64,000 nt of DNA from Takakia lepidozioides (taxonomy: Eukaryota; Plantae; Bryophyta), in NCBI GenBank assembly GCA_030704615.1, contig CM060731.1:56110001-56174000 (forward strand), read 5' to 3'. Below, piece after piece: positions 14,301 to 25,400 of this stretch. The notes under the pieces are model-generated. The model worked only from the letters and a program-made list of their open reading frames with translations. It was not told the origin of the DNA and made no database searches. The position numbers and the translations under genes are program-made. Each line of letters begins with the position of its first letter. Position 1 is the stretch's first letter.

Positions 14301-15377
14301 CCAAATACCTGGAGCTGTTACATTTAGGACAGGTAAGTGAATCCTTAAGCGCCCCTCTAAACAGTACACAGCCTTTCTCACAAGCATGGATGGTCGAGTA
14401 CGCCAATCCCAATCGGGAAATCAATTTCTTGGCCTCATAATGCGAGACTGGTAGGGTGTTCCCATGAGGTAAAATGGAGTTCTTCAGCAGAGACAAGAGC
14501 TCATCAACAAATGAGTTCGAGCAACCGTGTGTTGCGCATGCGTTCAAGATCATCAACGTTGCAGAAAGACGACTGTGCTTACTGCCACTGTATAATTTGA
14601 TTTTTGATTCTTCCATCAGTTTTTGATGTTGGGGATCCACAAATGCTCCATCCATGTGTCTTGGATCTAGATCTGAACCCATGTCATTCTCATCAAAATC
14701 GCCTTCACTCATGTCGTTCTCATCATAATCGCCTTCACTCATGTCAAATTGAAATGGTTGTTTTCCATTCACATTGTTTGTTTCATTCTGTTGATTGCAT
14801 TCTCCTCTTTCGAAGGCCTCTTGTAGTGCTTTGGCAATATCCAATCCCACGTTGTTGTCTGATGCGTCCAGCTCAATGTCATTGTCGATGGATTTTTCCC
14901 TAGCCAGGGAGCCCGTAGAGTAGTCCCCATCTGAGGACTCATCAGAAAATTGCTCCCCTTCATCCTGTCAATTAAACCAATGCTATCGTCAATGTTTCCT
15001 ATACTTCAGTACATATAAAATAGTATTTGCAATTCCATGTTTTATTTTTAAAAACCAGTGCATGATCGATCGACATTATAAGGGAAATCGACATGACTCA
15101 AAACGGTCATGCGAATGTTAGTTTTAGTCATGGTGCGCCGTACGTGCATAGTGCGAGTCTGGCGCAAGTACGGGTCCCTGCCATAGTTTAGCATGTGAGA
15201 CTTGACAGTAGCTCTCAATAGCGGCTGCCCTCCGTGGCACACGCAGCAGCAACACCGTAGTTTTTTCCATCCCTGTCGTCTGGCAAGGGCATCCTCCTTC
15301 CGCCACAAGTGCGCATCTCTCCTTCTAAGTCTTGCTTCTGCTAACACTCTACCTGAAAAACGTGGTTGCCTGTACAT
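11336..15377 (-). pseudogene. CACTA transposase, TnpD/Tnp2-like (Transpos_assoc Cys domain, Transposase_21, DUF4218, DUF4216), multi-exon with stops
   Basis: Motifs LRCCCCVC...VKSHMLNYG, HPADSKAW...PHNVRLGLALDGVNPF, LDPMHCEKN, FFDVMTHLLVHLV...GPVNTRWMYPVER, DEFGFTLVNF...SQAEQVFF. In-frame stops, e.g. at 13825. Confidence 0.92.
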
Positions 15378-15899
15378 GACTGGCAGCTGTAGGCGAGGAA
15401 TAGTGGCAATATTGGTTTTGAGCGCGTAAGTTGACCCGCGCACACCTGCACACTGTCGTCACCGGATGGCCAATGGAAGTAGCTCAACTCTCACGGCTTA
15501 CGAGGTGGAAAGGGCAGCCAATGTAGCGGAGGTGAAAGCAAAGTTCAAAGAACTGGGACCAGCCACATTGGCAGCAGAGCAAGCTAGGGATTCTGAGTAA
15601 CCACATTGACAGCAGAAGTAAGCTAGGAAAGCTGAGTAAGTGGATTGTAGGAGGTTTGCTATTTCATGAGCATGAGCGGCATGAACGGCATGAGCGGCAT
15701 GAGCGGAGTAGTAAGACAATCGGTTTTCATGAGCAGAAGTACAAATTTCGAAAATAAAAAACAATAAAAAACAATAATTTAATGCAATGTGTCAGGAAAA
15801 ACAAATATATTATTCGGCCCCTTGAAGGGAAAATTGCAGTTTTGACAGTTGTGCTCATGATATTTCGTCTTCCGCTCATGCCAATTCCCAGCGACATGT

Positions 15900-16420
15900 G
15901 CAAATATGGCGCCGAATTTCGCAGTAATAGGGTCCGTAACCTGAAAAAACGGCGACGTATTTCGCGGTAATAGGTCTCTCTGGCGAAAAATGGTGCCGAA
16001 TTCCGCGGCTATAGGTCCCCTCATGACAGGTAATTCGGCGCCATTTTTCCAGTGCATCTTCGGACTTAGCCAGTTTTCGGCGCAAAATAGGGAAATTCGG
16101 CGCCATTTTTCCAGACACTGTACCAGTGCATGTTGGGACTTAGCCAGTTTTCGGCCCAAAAAAAAGAAATTCGGCGCCATTTTTCCAGACACGGTACCAG
16201 TGCATGTTGGGACTTAGCCAGTTTTCGGCCCAAAAAAAGAGAAATTCGGCGCCATTTTCCTAGACACAGGTACCAGTGCATGTTGGGACTTAGCCAGTTT
16301 CAAGACAGTAACTTCCCCACACCAAAAACACTCCACAGTGTCGCTCCTGCAATGACACCCCAGCCCAAACCCAGAACCCAAAAAGAGAAATTCAGCGCCA
16401 TTTTTCCAGAAATGGCCCCA
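15900..16420. repeat. ~75-bp tandem repeat (about 3-4 units) carrying AAATTCGGCGCCATTTTTCC
   Basis: GACTTAGCCAG recurs at ~16063, 16137, 16211, 16287. Confidence 0.85.
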
Positions 16421-16564
16421 CAACTGCTTCTGTTGGATCTCAGTTTGAATGGAATATTGCCTCATTCCAGGAGTTTTGGGGTGCATTTCATTACACTGCA
16501 AAAAAAAGTCTGATACACCAAAATGCAATTGAAAATATCCATATGGAGAATTCTCTTTGCCCCA

Positions 16565-19500
16565 TCAATGATTTCTGGAATCCCTAAGGAGGAGTTTGTG
16601 CAGCTCGTTCACGCTCAACGCCGGTGCATGAATAAAGTCATCAATAGTCACGTTCATCCTCAACCTCTTCAGGTAAATGTAATACAGATGCTTGCACGGA
16701 TAATACTTCGAACCCTTCTTTGCTTCCATCAACGAGAAGTCCGTACAATTGCAAGTCGGCTCCACTCCAATCGTAATTGTGTATACATCGTCACGTACAG
16801 CCGAGCCGGCCGTTGCCATCCGATACACACGCCCAAGGCCGGATGGGGGTACGTCCACGGAGCTCTGAATAGTGCAAGACATCCCAAGAGCATTGGCAAT
16901 CCGAGTCTCATTCAACTTGTTGGGAGGGTGTCGTCTCTTCACTCTTCCGAATCGCATTGTGGGATGTGCAGAATTGTCCAATCCGTCTCTACTGGACCGA
17001 GCAGTCTGCAATGGCTGGGTCTGAGGAACCGGAAATGCGTGGGCCGGGATGTCTGTGCGTTGCACCATTCGAAATCCTGCTGCAGATAGAACATCCGCCT
17101 CATTCTGAGAGAGGCTGCAACCCGGTGCAACAGGTCAGACGCCCGGAGGCTCCGGCATTCCCTGAATCCCGTACTTGGGCTTGCCAAATACATAGGTCAT
17201 TATGTCGTGCCTACAGAACCAAAATGTCTGCGTTGTGGCGTGAGCAAATGTGGGAGTCAAAAATCTTCCACTGAAACAAGGTGCAGGTACAGCACCGTGT
17301 GGGTTCCTCCGAATCATCTCACCACAGCGTGCTCTCGTATCCACCCGGATGGCGCAGCACTTCCCTCGAAATGCCGGCAATGTCCTCGCAATTCTCCACT
17401 GTGACTCCGACACTCTTGTCTCCACAATGGGAATGTTGTACTGCTTTACTACAGATGGCTCGTTATGTTGCCGGGGCACGCGCCCTGTGCTCAAAGGAGA
17501 TGGCGATCTTGAACGTGCAGGACTTGCGGTGCTCGACGAGACCTCCTCGGGCAACATCACCGGACCACGAGGGAGCGTGCGAATATTCTTGTCAGCTCGC
17601 CATGAATCCTCTTCTCCGCCAGGTGCCTCGTCAAGTCTTCGTCTCTCTGGACGGGTATGAACATCTCCTTCCAAATGTTGGCCTCTTCGCAGCAATGGCG
17701 TGTCCCGAAGGCCCTCTCGCAAGGCCGCCGCCCACTTCCGAGGATTCTTCGATCTAGAGGCAGTCCGCATCAGCATTTCCTGCCTGTCCGGCCCCAAGCC
17801 CCACTGTTTCCCTTTCAAGAACTCGTTGTACCTGCATTGCTGCATAATTGACCTCACAATGTCCTCCGTTGTGGCAGTGAGGATGTCCACCAGATGCGCC
17901 GCAGAGGAGGCACGCCAGGAAGAGTGCATTGATTCGGCCATGTTTGTCGTGGGCATGTCGGTGTCAGAGTCGAGACATATTTCCTGCACAAGCACATGTT
18001 GAGGTTACAAGCAAGTTACAAATATGGCCAAGAATAATATTCAACGGGACGCGAATTCGTGCAACTCACCTCCCGCATATAGTCACCGAACTGGAGGAAA
18101 CGATAATGCCACCATGCTAGCCAACTGACCATTGCTCCCTCGTCTGATTTCCTTACAGCACCTGACGATGTCCACCAAGCCCGTATACATGCAAACTGTG
18201 TCTCTGCATCATCCAAGGTGGGAGCGCGCTTCCACGCAAGGCACATGGAACGGTGCTCCTCTCTGAAATCTGGCGCCACGAGCCTGGTTGTGTACTGCGA
18301 AAGGCTCTGCAGAAAATGGAACCCACAAGATCTCTCCTTGCCTTCCATGGGAACATTGGGGTCTTGCCCGTACACCCTTCGGATGGCAGCCCAATTTGCT
18401 TGTGCGTTGTCCGCCATGAAACCACGGAAATTCGGAGGGGGCAATCCCGCCTTGGCCATCTGTTTGTTTATTCCCTGCCAAAGAAGCATCTCCGATTGTG
18501 TGTCCTCTCCTTTCATCTCAAAATAGCAATTGTCATTAGCATCCTGCAGTGGGTGTCGTAGACATGTGCACCCATTGTCACCCACTGGTGATTTGTAATT
18601 CGCTTGATATGGTCGAACATGACCCAACTGTTTGACAAGTCCCCACTCGTCATCCTGTCGACCAGTTCGACGCCGCTGCCAGGTCCACACGTGGACATTT
18701 TGAATACGAAACAACGATCTGCCTCAGTCCCTTGTCCTGGAAACCTACTTCCATGAATGTAGTCATATCCACATCGTCGCTTCACCTCCAGAATGGAGTG
18801 CATATCCGAGCCACGCCTAATTTTCTGTTTGCATGAGACAATGTGGTTTCAGACATTCGGTGAACATACGTGGGACACCGACTCCAGCAATGCCTCCATT
18901 TCCTTCTCATCGAGAGGAACTCTATCGGAGCCGTCTTCCGACATAATTCTGGCCAATGCCATCTTATGGGCGGCTTGGAGTTGTATCTGTTTGGGTTTGG
19001 CACCCGGTCTCAACTTAACCTCCTCCTGAACGAGCTGCTCTGCCTCGTGGGCAGCCTCCCACGAGTTCCCCCTCGCCAATATGTGACAATGGGAACCAAC
19101 GTGTATGCAAGCTCGGGTGAGGTTAGGGAAACGGTGCAACACATAGAACTGCTTGGCATTACAAACAGACATGCAGTGTGGTGGTTCTTTGCAATGCGCA
19201 CACTTAAATGTGGAGTTCGGAACCTTCTCCTGAGCTCGAAATGGTTGATGAGCTGTGCCTGTCCAATTGGTCTCGTTCCTGTGACCTCTAGATTTAAAGT
19301 GGAAGCAAGTTGGGGAGAAACACCGCAACGCGCCCGCACAAACAACGTAGCGCACCCGCACACCATCGAGCATCTTCATGCTCGTGGTTTTGGTAACGCA
19401 CCAAGGATGACCGTCGTGTTTTCTATCCATATCTGTCAACATTCTAGACGCCCTCGAGTAGTCCGCCCGAGGAGGGAACTCAAAGAAGATATTACCATCA

Positions 19501-20162
19501 ACGTCGGCGGGAAGGCATGTAACCGATTTAATTGCGAACTTGCTGTAGTCCAGCCCGGCCAGCTCCGACCGGTGTCCCTCCAGGTGAAGCCCTCGCAGAA
19601 TTTCAAGAATAGATCGAACTGCGGTGCTCGTGCTAGGAATATGACTCCCTCCTCCACTGACGTCCATTGAGGACTTGCCTGATCTCCAGGACGACCTTGG
19701 AACTTCCATGACCTCGTCTGAGTCGGACAGGTTGTGAACAACCCGGTTCTCGCTCGTCTTCATGGATGGGTTCGGCTCTGGATTTACTTCGTTGCGGACT
19801 TCTCTCTTTAAGGTAGCCACTCTCTGATTCGCGGATTGTTTCATGGAAGGCGCCAGGATAGAAGGTGCATTTGGCGGGCAAATGAAGTCCCCAACAGCCT
19901 TGTATATGACGTTGTCCGATGGTGGAACTCGCCATTCCCTACCATCGCCGAAATCATCGTGGAGCACAACAATACTCTCGACAACAAGGCCGTTTGAGTC
20001 CTTCCTTTCCTCCTCCAAAAAAACCGACCCCGGTTTCAGGTGGTATCGAATGCACAGATATTTCTCCATCACCCGGCAGATGTACGGAAATGAAGCTCTA
20101 TGCTCGTGAGGAGGACAGTACACTGTAGCGCTCGGGTTTTCCGCCATGGGAGATGTGCACAC
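16565..20162 (-). pseudogene. MULE transposase: GCM-like Zn domain, DDE core, C-terminal SWIM; one intron, two in-frame stops, one frameshift
   Basis: D1 WVMFDH, D2 GFMADNAQA, CxxH ERSCGFH, E TTNMAESMH. SWIM CNC...CKH (~16690-16760). N-terminal DGHPW...CAGALRC...CAHC...C...GSHCH. Stops at 18849 and 17135, frameshift ~18525, intron ~17985-18069. Confidence 0.88.
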
Positions 20163-20399
20163 AAGACTGCCAGGATGGCGTGCGGGGAAGCTCCCTGGTA
20201 GAAGGGGGATGCACCGATGGGAAGGAATGCGGTGCCGATTTGTCCGAGCGATGAAGCCTGATCCAAATCCAGGGAGCCAACTATCTCAAAAATCCACAGT
20301 CAGAGTGTTAATGAACCTTGTCTCCGGAATGCGGCCCCTGGTCTTTGTGCAATAACTGCCAACGGTATGCAGTTAGAAAGTGGGGGGCCGTCCGGATGA

Positions 20400-21460
20400 T
20401 GACGGCTGAAGGGGAGAAGCTGGCACCGTGCCGTCACATTACTACCCCCGAATGGAAATTCGGCACCCAATATCCAACAGGGGCCGCACGGATGAAGTCG
20501 TCTGGGGCAGAGATGCCGGCACCTGTCCGACAGAGAACATCCCCCGGACGGAAATTCAGCGCCGAATTTCCATTCGGATCCCCCCAAAGGAAGTCCTGTC
20601 AGGGGGTCAGGCCGAAAGCTGGCCGACATAAAAACCTACGCGGATGGAAAAACGGCGCCGAATTTCCATCCGAGGCCTTTCGGATGCAGTCGGCTCGGGG
20701 GAAAGGCCGCCATCTGGCCCTCACATTACAACCCCCGGACGGAAATTCGGCACCGAATATACAACAGGGGAAGCCCGGATGAAGTCGCCTCGGGCGCAGA
20801 GGCCGGCGCGTGTGCGACAGAGAACATCCCCTGGATGGAGATTTGGCGCCGAATTTCCATCCGGGCCCCCCCAAAGGAAGTCGTGTCGGGGGGTCAGGCC
20901 GAAAACTGGCCGGCATAAAAACATCCCCAGATGGAAAAACGGCGCCGAATTTCCATCCGGGGCGGTTCGGATGCAGTTGGGGAGGGGGGAGAGGCCGGCA
21001 CGTGGCCGTCACATTTCAACCCCCGGACGGAAATTCGACACCGAATATCCAACAGGGGACGCCCGGATGAAGTCGCCTCGGGCGCAGAGGCCGGCGCGTG
21101 TGCGACAGAGAACATCCCCTGGATGAAGATTCGGCGCCGAATTTCCATCCGGACCCCCCCAAAGGAAGTCGTGTCGGGGGGTCAGGCCGAAAACTGGCCG
21201 GCATAAAAACATCCCCAGATGGAAAAACGGCGCCGAATTTCCATCCGGGGCCGTTCCAATGCAGTCGGGGAGGGGGGAGAGGCCAGCACCTGGCCGTCAT
21301 ATTTCAACCCCCGGACGGAAATTCGGCACCGAATATCCAACAGAGCGGCGGAGAGGCCGGCACCTCTCCGACAGAGACCATCCCCCGGATGGAAATTCGC
21401 CGCCAAATTTCCGGGGCAGAAACCTCCCAGAATGGAAAAACGGCGCCGAATTTCCGTCAG
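20400..21460. repeat. 288-bp tandem array (~3.3 units), each with several GGAAATTCGGCGCCGAATTTCC-type palindromes
   Basis: Period visible from duplicated ORFs 20721-20924 / 21009-21212 and 20810 / 21098. Confidence 0.9.
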
Positions 21461-21574
21461 AGGCTGTTCCGATTTGCCTCTAGCACTGAAGGATTCCAGG
21501 AAAAATCCGAAAAATCAATCGGACACGATCAGAATTACCTGCAGGAAGGTAATTAGACGTTTCGAAATTCCTGG

Positions 21575-22170
21575 CGAGTGGAAATTCGGCGCCGAATATC
21601 CATACGCTAGCGATCCGACTTACCTGCTGGATGGAAATTCGGCGCCGGATTTCCATCCATCCAGGATTCCACTTACCTGCTGGATGGAAATCCGGCGCCG
21701 AATTTCCATCCATCCGGGACTCCACTTACCTGCTGGATGGAAATTCGGCGCCGGATCTCCATCCATCCGCTCTCCGCCCAACCTTGCGGATGGAAATCCG
21801 GCGCCGGATTTTCCATCCATCCGCCTCCGAATTACCTGCTTGAGGGAAATTTCGCGCGCCGCCCTACCTGCGCGGATGGAAATCTGGCGCCGGATTTCCA
21901 TCCATCCGCTTCTGAATTACCTGCGTCAGGGAAATTTGGCGCGCCGCCCTACCTGCGCGGATGGAAATCCGGCGCCGGATTTGCATCCATCCGCTTCCGA
22001 ATTACCTGCGTGAGGGAAATTTCGCGCGCCGCCCTACCTTGCAGGATGGAAATTCGGCGCTGAATTTCCATCCTGCTGCGCTCCGAATTACCTGCAGGAT
22101 GGAAATCCGGCGCCGGATTTCCATCCTGCAGTGCTCCGAATTACCTCTACGTTGGAAATTCCGGGCCTAG
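21575..22170. repeat. Short-period array of GGATGGAAAT(T/C)CGGCGCCG(G/A)ATTTCCATCC palindromes
   Basis: About 10 near-perfect palindromes separated by TTACCTGC-containing spacers. Confidence 0.9.
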
Positions 22171-22493
22171 TTTCGTCGATTTTCATCCGACATGGAGGGC
22201 TTCATCCGACATTTAATTGCGCAGTTGGGCAATAAATGTCCACCGCCGTCGGTGTTCATTCGGGCTGGCGACACATGGCTTCTTGGATGATTCCATGGAT
22301 ACGTACCCTAAATCTCATGCTAATCTTGGCTTAACATGCTATTCGAGGCATGTACCCCAAAAACGGAGATCTTTTTCCATTTTGGCTGGGACTTATGCCG
22401 CCTGAAGGGCGTGGCTCTCCTGAGAGAAACCTCACATCCAGACCGCAGCGGAAGTTGAAAGCTTTGTACTACGGACGACGGCCAATCTCTCGC

Positions 22494-25400
22494 ATGGCCA
22501 AACTGAAGCTCCAGCAGGAGATTCCAGTGTCTTGCTCACAACCTGCGCCAACTGAAGCCGAGTACTCTCAGGCAAGCCACTTCTGCTTTCGCTTTGTTCG
22601 ATTTCTTTTTTGCTTTCGCTTTGTTGCCTCGCTTTGTTTTTGCATCTTCATCCTGGCTTCGCTGGATGAGTAAACGTTAGATAGTTGAGTGAACCTTACA
22701 TTGTTTGCAATGCGTGTGCAAATCCGGCAGCTGTGGAGAAGGCTGCTTGTGCATGTCATTCTCAGGCAATGGTTGCATTTGTTTTCATTGTTGTTGCATG
22801 GCTCTCCATACTTCCTAAACTTGTTATGTTTTCATTTTTGTTACACGATTGTTGCTATGGTGGTTGCGCTGCTCGTTGCGATGCTGGCTTTTGCACCGAT
22901 GTTGGTTTTCACGATTTTTGGGAATGACAGAGTGACGACGAGCCCGGCACGCTGGTGGTATCATCGACAGCTCCAACTCATCGCATGTTTGAATCACCCA
23001 ACTTGGGGCGAAAGGGCAAACTTCAACCTTTTGTTGGTGGACGGGAGGACTTGCAACGAGAGTACGACAGAATAGGCATTGCGGAGGTTGGTGCAGGCGG
23101 CATGGCAGGTGAAGGGCGTGAGCACATGAGGACAGCAGATCCGGCAATGGAGGTTGTTCATGCACATGCAGTAGGGCCTGCCCACGCAAAGAAAAAGAAG
23201 AAAGCTAAGCACATGCAATCCCCAGCGAGAGAGCCGTCACGGGCTGCAGAGGGGGGAGTGAGCAGTGCGCGCGAGGGTGTCAGTTCGCCTCAATCAAAGG
23301 TGGTCGTCCTGGAGGGCTCCCCTGCTGCTAGCCCTAGTAAGAAACAGAAAGCCCGTGAGAGGGCAAAAGAGAGTGCAAAAGAACAGACGAGACAGAATGC
23401 TAGCCAGGAGGAAAGAGAAAAGGCCACTGAAGAGGCCAGGGGTGCCCAAATGACAGATGCCAATGTAAGCGAGGGACGCACAGAGACGGTGGATCCCTCC
23501 AAGACACCACAGAGAGGCAGTAACACACTGGTTAGACCATCGCGGGCAAGAGCAGCCCCCGCAATTACCCATACGGTGGAGAGTGGAGGAGAGGAAAGAA
23601 CACCAGAAAGAGCACGGATTGTGCAAGTTCGAGGTGAAGCCAGGGAGAGGGCAGTAGAGACGGGGAGAGTGCTGGAGGTGGTTTCGCAGGTGGCTGACCC
23701 TGTTGAGGAGGACGACATGGAGCTTTCTGACCAGGATGACATCCTCCCGGACATCCCGAGGCCCCAAACCAGGAGCATACAAGCTGGATTTGGCGGTCCT
23801 GGTGGGTTGTCGGAAAACCCCTCTACAGCAGACGTCATGTCTGAGGCGGATATGAAGTTGGCCGCTGCCAAGATGTTGGAGGCAACCCACAGCAACATTG
23901 GCAGGGTGCTGGGGGGCATGGTGTACCCGGCCAAGCTTCGAATTCCCCTTTGCCGCTTGGTGTCATTGCAGGTGGTGAGACCTGCCCTCCCAGGCGATAT
24001 CGACAAGCTGAAATTCTCTTTCCGGGATGGATATCGAATGGGGTCTGCCGCGTTTTACGTTTCCATTGAGAACGACCACGGAGCTTCCCGTGCCCACACT
24101 TCCGATGAGGTGGACAAATGGGGTCCCCATTGGCAAACGCGAAATGAGGAGTTCGAGAGATCGATTGCTAGTGATCCTCTTTTCCAGCACTTGTCCGGTA
24201 AGATGTTCTACGTGTGGGACGGCAATCATTGCCTCCTGGCATGGATGGAGCACATTGCCCAAGCCCACCCCAACGACCTCGATTGGCATTTCGCCGTGGA
24301 TTGTGTTGTGCTGAAGGTTGCGGGGCCCAAAGATCGCAGTCTTCTCAAAGCTGCAATGGCCGACATCAACTCGTAAGCTACAACCCCTCTCGCTTTTGGA
24401 CTTTGAATTTGGAAGTCATTTCATTGCAAATCCTCATATATGATGAAAATTCCCATTTCAGTATTGTTTGATGGAAATGTGGCACTGTAGGGTGACTGAG
24501 AATGCCTTCATTGCCACCAACTTGTCCCATATGCTCTTCCGAGTGAAGGATGTCGGGAAGCAGGGGGTGCAAGAGTTTGTCAATTCCCTCAGTGCCGACC
24601 TCCTGCGCAAGTCGGAGGCAAAGGCAGACAGAACCTGGTATAGGCTGAGCGTCGACACCATGGTGGACTACATATTTCGGGTAAAGCTCCTGACAGTTTT
24701 GTTGAGCTAATCTGTCTCTCCTCCCCCAACAGAAGAAATTGTGTTGAGCAGGATCTCTAATCTTATGTGCGCATTCTTGACAGACGAAAATACAGCAGGA
24801 TTTGGCACATGCGCGGAGGTTTTACATGGAGTCAGAGGAGAAGAATCCAACCCTCCTGGAACTCGAATCGTATGTCAAAGCTGCGGAGATGAGGGCCCGC
24901 ATAAAGTACAAGTCGCGGATGGTAAAGTACGTGGCCATAGCTGATCCCGCCCTTGGTGCCGACTTTCTGGTGGAGGTGGGGAAGCACTACTCTCGCGCTC
25001 TGAAGCCCACGATGACATTGGAGAAGCTCCATCGTCTAGCCACATCCTGTGTGGATGCAACAGAAAAGGTGATACATTCTTAACCAAATTGTGGTGCAAC
25101 AACTCATTTTTTTGGTGTTTGGCGCTTACGAATATGCTGGGTGGTTGGACAGACCCGGTGGCTCCAAATCTGGAATGGTTCCCAAAGTACCAGGGACATG
25201 TGGAGCTTCCCCAAGCCGGACAAACTCTCTGACCCCACATTCGACATGTGGATGAACCGCATGACATGGTGGTTTCAGGTACTTCCCCACGCTTCGTTTG
25301 GGGCTTCTACTCTAGTAGGGGGTGGATTCATTGTATTTTTTCAGGAAAGCGATCTGATGGAGAATCTCCACAGGTGACGACGAATGCGCAAGAGCAGCTG

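Noticed and set aside
20300-22170. Many overlapping ORFs (MEIRRRISI..., WKFGAEFPS...)
   Set aside because: Translations of GC-rich palindromic tandem repeats, open on both strands.
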